Shown in pieces: positions 42,101 to 54,100 of a stretch of 64,000 bases of DNA (position 1 is its first letter; the number at the start of each line of letters is the position of its first letter). Below the pieces are notes generated by a model, which saw only the letters and a list, made by a program, of their open reading frames with translations, was not told the DNA's origin and made no database searches. Position numbers and translations under genes: made by a program. The stretch comes from Antedon mediterranea (lineage: Eukaryota > Animalia > Echinodermata), in the NCBI RefSeq assembly GCF_964355755.1, contig NC_092675.1, positions 23,470,912 through 23,534,911 on the forward strand, written 5' to 3'.

Positions 42101-45100
42101 GTTTTGCATACAATGATGGGTGGGTTTGATTTTATCTGTACATTAACATTCACCTTTTCTTCTTTTTTTTTAGTCGCATGCAAACGCGACTCTATAGCTC
42201 ACTATGTTTGTCGGTCGGTAAACACTAACTCAAATTGAGCACGCAACTGCAGCCATGTATATGGCCTTGTTTTTTGTAAATTTGCTATGATAATGAATAT
42301 AATAGGGAAGTAAATTTTAAACTTCAAGATGGTCGTTGTTATTAGATGTTTAGTAAAATTTTACATACCTTCTTGGTTGGTTGGTGTCATACGAATTTTA
42401 CCATACACTGGCTCAGAACCATCATACATGTAACGCAGTACAATACGGTAGAGGTCAGGCACTTCAACTGGTACCCATAAACTGACCGAAGGCTGAATAA
42501 AAAGGAAATCAAGGCATGGTTTTTAAGCAATTAATTAAAGTATCAAACCTGTCAATATATAGTTTGCAGTACACCATGTATATTAGTTCTGAAAAGAACT
42601 GAAACTCAACAGTTTTTTTCAGAACTAATATACATGGTGTACCGCAAACATTACATCAACATTTGATTTTGCCATGCAAACAATATCAATCAAACATTTA
42701 TAATAAATTTTCAATTTCAATATTTATTTTAGTCACCATATCATCATTTTCTGATGTATCTAGTCTAAAACATCATTTGTAATAGCTATTATTTTGTTTA
42801 AATTGTTTATTCAAAAGCTGTGAAATTTGTCTAAAATACCTGTAGACTTTGCGACATGACAGCATATCCAATATAAGAGAAACCGGGAAAGGTGTTTTGA
42901 TCATATCCAATACGTAACTGTCTGCCATCAGATGCTTGTCCAGATTCAATCTCGTATTTGTATTGGTAAAGATCAGGGAAATAGTGAGCACGTTCTGGTC
43001 TGTAAAATGAACAATTTAATTTATTAACATTAGGACACATATATTTTGAGAAAAACTGGGACAACCTGGAAACTATAAAAACAAATGGGCAGAAATATAA
43101 GTAGGTGGTCCGAGAAGAGATACAGCAGTAAACAGAAAGACATGAACGGTCAATCCTATCCACACCTTAAAAAACAAGTCAATCAAAGAGGTGAGGCAGA
43201 CATATTGAGTCATATGGTACAACAACACTGTGTAGAAAACAAGGAGCATAACTTAAGGCTAAAAAAATTGGTATATCTATATTGATATTTTAACAAAGCA
43301 AATTCTTACTGATCACAGTTCTGTCCACGAATCCTGGCTTTACAGATACAATTTCCTGTTGTTTTATCACATACATTAGTTGCAGCACCACCAACATCAC
43401 AATTACATGCTGTAAAAATATTATAAATTAGCAATTATTAAGCCCTACAGTCATGATCATGCTAGGCTGTGGCTGGATGGAGTTGCCTGGCTACATCTCA
43501 TGAACTATCCTTAAAATGTTAGCTCCCCGAGGTTTGTAGAAAACCCTGTATACTGTAGTTGCCTGATTCTAATTCAAAAACTATGATGGAAACGAAATAA
43601 TTTGTATTTTCCTCATTTAAAAAAAATAACTAACCCCTAACCCAATCTCTCTTGGTAACCTACTGTAGGTAGGCCTACCTGAAGACTCCAAGCTCTCTGG
43701 GTAACCTGCTGAAGGTAGGCCTACATGGAGACTCCAACCTCTCTGGGTAACCTACTGAAGACATGAAGACGCTTGGTAACCTATAGTAATAACCTAACCT
43801 GTACATCCAAAGGAGTTTCCTTCCGTCAGTTGATAAGCACCATCTCTACACTCGTCACAAATCCTTCCATTTGTCAAAAGTTTGCAAAAACATTGTCCAG
43901 TCACCTACGACAAACAAGACACATTATTAGAACATTATATGAATATATGTCCATTATAATATTACTATACTCTGTCTAAATGGTTTTACTAAACATCATA
44001 GAAAAACCAATGGCTGGATGACTACAGTGAAATGACAAGTTTAGATGGGTAAGTTTAGGCGGCGTGTGCTCTTTTAACGAATCCAACAAATCTAATCGGT
44101 TTTTAAATGTGTGGTAGTTTCCGAAATGACGACTTCGGTTGGCAAACTATTCCAATATGTAATCTCTCGTTGTAAAAGGTGAATTGAAAAGTCTAAGCCG
44201 CTGTCCTCATGAATGTTCTATCTCAAACCAATGTCATATGCATGAAACTTACCGTGTTACATCTGTCACTACCAGATACAGTCCCCGGAGTAAAGCAATT
44301 ACAACGTTCACACCCATCAGGATTGCTTAGCTGAAGGTTCCAGTACAACGGTCTACACGTATCACATGATCTTCCCTCTACAAAACTCTTGCAGATACAT
44401 GCACCCTATATACAAAAATATAAAAAAATTTCATACAATTTTTATAAGCTTGGAAACTTCAACAAGCAAAAACAAATTAACACCATTTTTTCCAATTATG
44501 TACATGGAATTCTAATGCCTTTCCTACAGCCTCTCGTAAGCAGAAGGTCCAATTTTTCTCTCCAATAATTGAATGTGCCATAACGTAGACCACTTCTTCA
44601 CTATGAAAATAGACTGCCTTTTAACATAACTTTAGCATTACCTTGCATTTGCACAGGGAGACATTCTGATTATCAGTCATAGTGTGAATTGGATTCAGGT
44701 GGTGCGGGTGTGCAACATAAATACAACCTTATCTTATTGCCACATAGTTCCCTAACCTTTTGTATATACTGAATAGTAAAATGGCTGAACGCTGAAGTGC
44801 AATGGCAAAGAAGACTAGACCAGACATACATAAAAGCAGATCTTACCTTCGTTTCAGCACCACAACCACCAAGCGGTTGACCTGGGAGCTCTTCAACACC
44901 AGCTGGATCACAATCGCACTCTATGGATATATTTTGTGTAAAATAAGATTTGAATTTTCATACCAAAGACCAAAGACATACTACTTGAGGTAGCAAAACT
45001 AATTTTAGATTGGATTACACTTTGAATATAACATGACATAGAAGATGCCCTAGGTCTCCTAGGTTTTTAGTTCATTGACTGTCAAGATATGAACTTTTTC

Positions 45101-48100
45101 ACTTTCAACAAACATGGTATCTAAAACACTGAATACTGAACAGGAATAACTTATTAAAGTTGAAACTATTCAATAACTTGTTGAATACAGTACTGTAATA
45201 TTTATCCAATATTATAGGCATTTAAAAAAACCGAATCCAAAAATGTTTACCATACTGACGTTTATTCAAAAAGGAGATGTAAAAACAAGAAATTATGCTA
45301 ATTATTATGATATTACCTTCACAAGTTGGAAAGTTATAGAAGCCCGAGTTGCAAGCTTCACACATGCGCCCTTTGAAACTGTTGTAACAGTAGCACTGTC
45401 CAGTTAGCTGATCACATTCTTCAGAGTCTGTACCCAATAGATTACAGCCACAGTCTGAAAGAAATACCAAGTATCCAGTAAAGTACAAACAAAACATTTA
45501 ACAGCTAACATTGCTGTTCATTGGAAGCTGCAATTGAAAGGTCAGAAGTTGTATCTATGCATGTTGAAACAAACAAGTCAGTGTTGTGCTCTTAACCATG
45601 GAAGACCATGGGTTTCCTTTGGTCCACAACCGTATGTATTATGCACTAATTAAGAATACATAGAGTTCTGTGGTGTGACGTCACGATAGATGGCGCTGCA
45701 TGGTTGCTAGAGCAACCAAAAATGCATTCAACGCTACTATGTTGATAAACACTATAGATCTGCGTTTCTATCAAATTATGTATCTTAGCTTGATTTTTTT
45801 AACTTAAACTGTAGTTAAAGAATAAATAGATTATTAATCGCCGGTCTCTCATCGCTTGCAACGAGGAGTGTGCGTCTGGTGTTGTCTTTTGGTGAGAAAC
45901 TTCTTGCCTCTGACATATTTCGGAATATGCTCCCTCATTGTCGCGAACTTAATGTTATTTTGATGATCTGCTTTTTTAAATATTTTATATTTTACCTGTT
46001 TTTATCATGATTGTATATTTATAATGTACGACTAAGGTTTCAGCCATTGGCTGTTTGTGTCATTTGACTTTTTTTTTAATAAAGATATACCAACATATAT
46101 AGAAACAAATATTTACTGAAATTTACTTTTGAAATTTTAGTTTGTTTTTATTGAAAATTATTAAGTTTTACAATGACATTGAAGTAGTACTTCAATAAGC
46201 CTATTCCAAACTATTGGTGTCTAACCAGGCAGCGCCACCTACCGTCCATGCAGCGCCACCTACCGTCGTGATGTCAGCACCGCAGAACTCTATACTGTAT
46301 TAATCCTACTTACATTGGCAATCTGGGAAGTTGTAATATCCCACATTACATGCATCACACTTCATGCCACCAAAGTTGTTGAGACAAGGGCATTGGCCTT
46401 CATTATTGCATTGAACTTGACCACCAGTTCCTGATATGTCACAACTACAAGCTATAAAGGTAGAAACAAAATCTTAGATCAAGCCCTAAAACATTTCTGA
46501 AAGAAACCTGAGAATATACAATAAACACAATAGTAAGACACTCTAATATAGTCCCCGTTATATTTATATTTATTTTAGGCAAGCCAAGGTTTATGAGCAC
46601 TGTAATTTCCATTATTATTTTGGACAATAAATGAATCTGTATCTGTATCTGTATCTGTATCTGTATCTCTAAAAATTGCCATAGTAAGGTTCTTTTCCTT
46701 CATCAGTATAGGCATGTCACTTTTTCTGATGCTGACCAGGGTTCAATTAGACCAATCCCCTTACTTCGTTTTGGGTTGTTTTTTTTTTGGGTTGTTTTTT
46801 TTTTGGCATGGTTGGAATCTTAGGTTTCACAACATTAGTTACTATATTATATATCCAGGATGTTATTATTTATTATATAGTAATAATATAGTAGTAATAT
46901 AATTCTTTATTGTCATGACCACTAGGCGACCATAAAATTTGGTTTTCTGATGCTTGAAAAACACAACTTACAGTGGCACAGTGTATCAGAATATTCCCTG
47001 CAAACTACCAGAATCATAAATATAACATCATGAATGAAAATTAGGCCATCTTTGCCATGTCCTTAAATAAACAGTATTGCTGGAAACTTTTTAGTTTTAG
47101 AAGTTTGCAATACTTACCGTAACAATACGGGTAGTTATAAAAACCCTCTGCGCATTGATCACAACGTGCTCCAGTATAGCTACTCTTGCACAAACACTCT
47201 GATGTTACCTTGTCACAGATTTCACTCAATGTGCCTTGTATGTCACAGTCACAACCTAAAATTCATAATATTTATCTTCAGAAAAACTGTCTCAACTATA
47301 GTTGACTACTGTAACATTGCCTGTTGGTGTAGGTGCAGTCGACACTGGATATACAACAGCACATCACACCTGCAGTAACATTGCCCGTTGGCGTGGATGC
47401 GGTCGACACTGGCTATACAACAGCACACCACACTTCCAGTAACATTGCCTGTTGGCGTGGGTGCGGTCGACACTGGATATACAACAGCACACCACACCTG
47501 CAGTAAACAGTAGGCTACAGTCTTCTCAAATGTAGGCCTACTAGGATATAGGATATGTCAGCTTTTTACTGAAACATCAAAACTGGTAAATTGCCATGTC
47601 TTTTCTACTCATGTATCCGAATTAAATTGCTAGACCCAAGACCTGGCTCAAATCCATCATAAAAATTTCAAATGAACATTATTATATTTTGTTTACATAA
47701 CTTTGGAACAACCTTTTTATCAAAAAGCATTCCGTGTTGATTGTGGTAAGCTATAGGAGGTGGTCTTCAATACTATGGCCTATAGATTGTAGTTTAGGGG
47801 TAGCCCAGTTTAATAGGCATAATACTATACTAGCATGTTTTCAATTTTTTGGTAAAAACGTACCAATACAATCAAATTCACTATAGTAACCATCGTTACA
47901 TTGGTCACAAGCACGCCCAGCAAAATTAGGTTGACATCGACATTGTCCTGTTGTTGCTCCACATGTTGGACTCACAGTGCCAAACAGGTTGCATCCACAA
48001 GCTACAAAAATATAGGGAATAATTTAATAATAATGCACAAATATAAAACATTTAAATCATTTGTTTATATAAAAAAACTATTTTGACCGAGAGTACAATT

Positions 48101-51100
48101 GTAGCGCAATCAGACCAACTTGTGTCGCGCTTGGTTGCTGATGAACGTGCATATAACGAAATGGCACTCTCATATGTAACAGAATTTCACTTATATGATG
48201 TAAGGTTCATTTGAGTATTTTATTGAATATCGTGTGACCCACAATCCTCCAATCAAATGACAAGCATCTATTCATGTCTGTTATAAAATTTAATAAGATT
48301 AAAAATAGGTGGTTTTAAATTGATTGAAAAAGTCTTACGAATGCAATCTGGAAAGTTGTAGAAACCAGGTGCACATGAATCACAGTTGAGGCCGACATAG
48401 TTCCTCTTGCATGGACACTGTCCTCCATTAGCCTGACATAAAGCTTCATAAGTGCCTTCAACATGACAATCGCAAGCTAAAATACAAAAGGTGTATAAAA
48501 AAAACAAGTAACAACACAATTTACTCCTTGAATCAAATTGTATATACTGTAGTTGTCAATTTAGGACAACTTGTCTTGACTAAAAATAAGATAAAAAGAA
48601 AGAATGTACTAATACTATGGGCATATGTTACATAAGTGGCAGACTTCCTATTCTTTCTGCTGTTTTATTCAAGATTTTGTCTACCCATTCTATGATGTCA
48701 GAAGGTGTAGCTAGATCTCAAAATACAAACAAGTATTAGGTTTGCAATACAGCATGTGTTTCCAAAAGGGAAGTATGGTTGAGAATATCGACGATACACT
48801 ACAACCGTATTCTCCAGATGCAAAACTAACTTTACCTATTATTCGCCATGCAAAACTTACTATTCAAAGATATTATTTACAGATTTCTGTAAATAAAATT
48901 TCAGACCACAACCACAGCTATGAAATTTTAAACCACTTACGTCTGCATTCAGGGAAGCTGTAGTAGCCTGGGCTGCATTCAGAACAACCTTCACCAGTGA
49001 ACTGGGGTCTACATTCACATACGCCAGTAGATGATGCACAATTACCAGTGGAGAAATATAGATCACATTCACATTCTTTTATTAAAAAAAGCAAGAACAA
49101 ATATAGCATAGTTCACTGAGAATAAGGCAGAAGTGTTTGTTTATTGTTTACATGAAACACGCTTACTGTAACTGTGGCTGTCATTTGAACACTTTAACCC
49201 TAATTAAATCTTAAACCACAAGGCACAATTATTAGTTACATTATATACAGTAAACCTATGCTTCTTGAACTTGACATTTATTTATGTTTCGCAAAAGGAA
49301 AGTGTTCACATAGGGGTCTATGACCGACTCAAATGACTGAATAATGTAACTCTACAAAATAAAGCCTGAATGAGTCAAATATTAAGAATCAGTAGCATAG
49401 TATGTTAACTTACGTCTACAAACATATGGAGAATCTAGTGCTTCGCCTTGTACTTGGTAGAATCCAGAAATACATTCATTGCAGTTTATGCCTTGTGTGT
49501 TATCCTAAAGAACAAATTTATAGAAAGCATAATAGAAATACATAGATTAATACAATAATACAAACAAATCAAATTTTTGTTGAAAACCTTGACCCGATAT
49601 GACCTTGACCTTGACCCGATATGTCGTCCCATTGTACAAAAGTAAAAGATATATTATAGTGCTATGCACTTGCAATAATAACTTGCTATTGCAGATAGCT
49701 AGGCCTATACCGTAGTATCCGATGCCTTTAATTAATACACTATACTAGAATATACACTTTCTTGAAATAAAAATAAAGTTTACCCGACAATTGGTACAAA
49801 CTCCACCACCAGAATAGTTTCCATAGATATCAATAGACTCGCTACGTTCTGCTACACTCTCATCATAAACACACTCATTAGAGTGTCCATAGCAGTTGCA
49901 TGCTAAAAAATTGAAAATAGTGATTTTGGTATATCCTTTAGTTTGTCATAGTCATGCATATTGTGCAATATCAATTTTCATCCGTATTTAATTATGAGTT
50001 GCTGGAACAACCCTCTTTATGATCTACCATTTTTATTTTCTTTTTTAAATAAAATTTAATTAAATTTAGTTTCAGCTCGTGCATTTAAAAAAAAAAAATG
50101 ATATCACAACTTTCTCAAGATGGGCTCAAATTTGTGTGTGGAAACTACATAATTTCAATTGTTGTAGTTTATAAACTTACGTTCACATTCATTAGAACTA
50201 TCGGGTGTTGCTGGTTTCCATTTTTTCTGAACAAACCCTGGACAACAAGTCTCGCATTCAGCGCCACAAGTATTATGGGAACAGGTGCACATTAATCGTG
50301 TTTGACTTCCAGGAACTGGGGTATCACAAGCATTCGCATGTCCATTACATACACACCGTCCGCCGATTGATATGTCTTTGATACTATAAAAGTACCGCCT
50401 TGTGACAGTCGGATCTAGTTGTTGTATGGCCATCAGATGTCCAAGAAGCGTCTTTGTTTGTAGGAGACGCAGTCTAACATTTGTGGCTCTTGTAAATTCT
50501 TTTAAGGTTGGAGAGTCGTAAAAGGTTTTAGCGCCTGGACGGCCATTAATGAGAGATACAACAATCTGTAAAGTAAGTCAATTATAAATTATAGGGTAAA
50601 AATTGTGCTTATTTTTACATTATATATTAAATAAATTTAGTCAGAATTAAATGATAAGGCGCCTTTGTGTGAAGTGCTGCCACTAAATGGTCCGTCAAGA
50701 ACAGGAGCTGAGATAAATCAGAACTATGGATAACTCATACTGGATTTTGTGTACACTAGGAGGATTACCACTACAACTATTGTTGAGGAGAGCATTGAAC
50801 CTATGTAGATTTTTTGGCTAGTGGTTTCCAGCACCCAAGCTTAGCCAATCTTTTGCCATCCTTAAATTCGCATATTCCCAGAATAATTGATACTGTATTC
50901 TGGTTCAATAGTGTCTTGGTTTTTTTAGAGTTACTGTTATAATCTTACCTCACCATCTTCAAGAGGGACAATACCAGAGTATTCTGTTGTACAAATTATA
51001 TCATCATCATTTGTAATTTGTTCTAGCGATCTCATCCCAAAATAGTTAAGGCAGTCACTGGGAGTATCAGCAAAGTATTGCCAAGCCTGGTATGTTTCTC

Positions 51101-54100
51101 CATAATCCACAGATTTTTCTAGAACCCATGTACCTGGTCTTGGAGAGTTGGCAAACTTAATCAGGACGTATGCAACATGATAGAGCTAAAAATAAATGTC
51201 AATGAGTTGTTTAAAAAAAAATTGTTTCATGCAAATGCATTAAAATCATAATGCTAATTTATAGTATGAAAAAAGTTTTCAAAACTGATAAAAAGATATA
51301 CTCATTTTTAATAATATATAAATATGTTTGTTTTCCTTGTTCTTTTTTAGGTAAATCAAATGTATATGTTAGGGCAATCCTATATTAGTGTTTTTATTGA
51401 TACACTATTGGATCTTGAATAAATAAATAAAAAAAATATATTATAAGAAAAGAAATGCATATACTATAAACAGTGAGTAAAAACAAAATCAGTAAATCAC
51501 TAACAATATTAATTGTTTTACTTGGCACAATACTGTATTGTTAAGAACAATATAAAAGAAAATCTATCTAATATTTCAAGTACAGTACTGACAGGGATAT
51601 ATTTTACACAACAAAGGAATAATCCCATACAGTTCAACAGTGGTGGTGGTTGTTATTCCATTTGTAAGTGATTAAACATCTGGCTGTGCCATAGGAGTGG
51701 TTTTGAAACATACCATAAATAAATATCACTGTCTAGCAATGTCATTCTGCCCAAATGAATACAAAGAATTTAACCTCAAGCCCTTGTTTGAGTTTCAGAT
51801 CAGCCATAACACCACCATTATCTATTTAAAATGTTTACTAATGGCTACTATATTACCCCACTACTAGCTTTCAATGTACAGGTATGAAATGTTTATTTTT
51901 TTTCCAACAATTTACAGCATTTGGTTTGAGATATTATAAATAAACAAAACAGTTACACAAAGCAATTAATGGGTTTTGAAGGATTTACAGTACATACAAC
52001 AGGTAGCAAACATAGGGTCTTTTTCTGCACTGAATAAACAATTTATTTCGAAATAAATTAAAAGATAATTGTTATATATTTCTGCTAAATTTGTGCCCCT
52101 AACTGTTTAAATAAATGGGTTGTTGATGGAAATTGTTTAAGCATTACCCAAAATGCAAAGGGTTCTGCCAGTAAATTCAAATATTATTACAGAGTAGTTA
52201 AGCTCAAGGCAGTTGCAGCCAGAAATTGCACACCAATAACCGTATGTAATAATAACAAAGCGATTGGGTGTGTATTAAACTGCTGCCATTTAACCGGTTA
52301 CTGAAAATTTGCATTGTTTCAATGGGGGTCAATTTATTCGTATGGTTAACCGTTATTTGCAGCAGAAACAAACAGAACCAGTAAAATTGGGTTTAAAAAA
52401 AAATTTATTATTATTTTGAGAACGTGCGTCTCTTTCCAACCAACAAATCAAATAGAAAACACTGTATAATGTACAGCAATACAGTAAATGAAGGATAATA
52501 TTAATATTTCTCAGTTGAAAAACAGTCAAATCAGATTGTTGCTCTATGGAAAGTAATTAAAAATACCGCCCACTGTGCGAGGTCAGTGAGAATGGCTGAT
52601 ATTTTCAGTATACCCTACAGAGTGTACATGTACTGTACAGTGACTGTGTAGAACATGTGCTTAATATTAATAATAGCTGGTATAATAAATACAAATTTTG
52701 TCCAGATAGAACCCAGCAAAACTTCCCCTGAAAAGGGGTTTCCTGTATTATTGTTTGTTTCCTAAGAAATTGTCCCTTAGATATGGGTGTCCCAAATAGG
52801 GGTTCAACTCTATGTGAATCACATCTGCAGTACAGTAGGTGCTTATGTGCACTATAACTCTGACGTTCCTCTGATTGGTTTCAGAATACGTCATCAGAAT
52901 GTAATATTAGACAACCTCTTCACATCAGGGGTACAGTAATCAGATATTGTTTTAACTAGTATGTTATTGGAATGCTGAATAAGCTAAGTTGCAATTCAAC
53001 TCCGACTTAAAGACCCCTTCCCTGCAATTTTGGACGTTTTTTGGAAAATAATACATATATATCACTTTAAAAACATTAAACCATGTCATTCCTTGTCTTA
53101 AACGTTTTATGGTAAATTATGATAAAAAGTGAGAAACAATGCACTACCCAAGTAGCTCGCGGTGATCGACCTCTCGTGGAGGGTCTTAGGCCTAGCCTAG
53201 CTAGGCTTAGTTTTGTAGGCCTAGCTGGTAAACATCGGTAACGTACGAACATCATACGCTAGCTATATACCTAGCCTGACGTTGTATAGTTGCTGCATTA
53301 ATTGTCTTTCTATTTTTGCCAGACTCCGTTGATACAAATTGGGGAAAACCCGGTATTTTCGCTGAAAAGTTAGGAGTCTTCCATTTGTTTTGGCCTCACG
53401 ATCGATCGAAAAGTGGGCGAATTACAGGAAAAAAACAAAAATATCAATCCGCGCGCAATGCATTTTGGGATTTATAGCGGGCCGCTATAATTATTAGAAT
53501 CAACTTATTTTTCACATTTTTAACCGTTTAAAGACGAAAAAAAGTTATCGCAATAGGACCATATAGTATTATTTTTACATTAAATATAGTTTGTGATCTT
53601 AAATTAGATCTAAAAAACGTAGGGAAGGGGTCTTTAAGTAAAAAACTTTTCTAAAAGTACAGGTAGTAGTACAAATTCAAAACGTACAGAGGTGGAATTG
53701 TCCTATAACATGGTAACATGATCCAAAATCTTATGTACTGCAATAACAAGAGATGAAAACATGATTTGTCCTATATTTGAACTTTCAATTAACAACTGAA
53801 ATATTTTTTGTCATATTCAATTGGGAGTTTTACTGTTGAGTACAGTTTTTCCGTCAATTACTTATTTAACAGAGGATTGAGATTGTTCTTCAAGAAAAAG
53901 CTTGCGATGTTAATGACGTTTTCTATTCGAATTATTTTTGTTGTTGACCGCAATCCCTTTACAATTTATCATTTGAATACAAAAATCATGTTGAAACGAA
54001 AGTTCCCAATCGAATATGACAAATGATGCTTATTCTATCATCATAATGACAATAGATTTTGAAATGTAATGCATGTAATTTTGAATGCATTGTTTGTACT

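Noticed and set aside
47311-47502. CRISPR-like array
   Set aside because: Contiguous tandem units with no unique spacers, no cas genes, and located in a eukaryotic intron.
49929-49940. Second U12 5' splice-site-like motif (gtatatccttta)
   Set aside because: On the plus strand, antisense to laminin; the surrounding intron is ordinary GT-AG.
52292-52299. Grainyhead palindrome AACCGGTT in laminin intron 1
   Set aside because: A single 8-mer is expected roughly once by chance in a window of this size.
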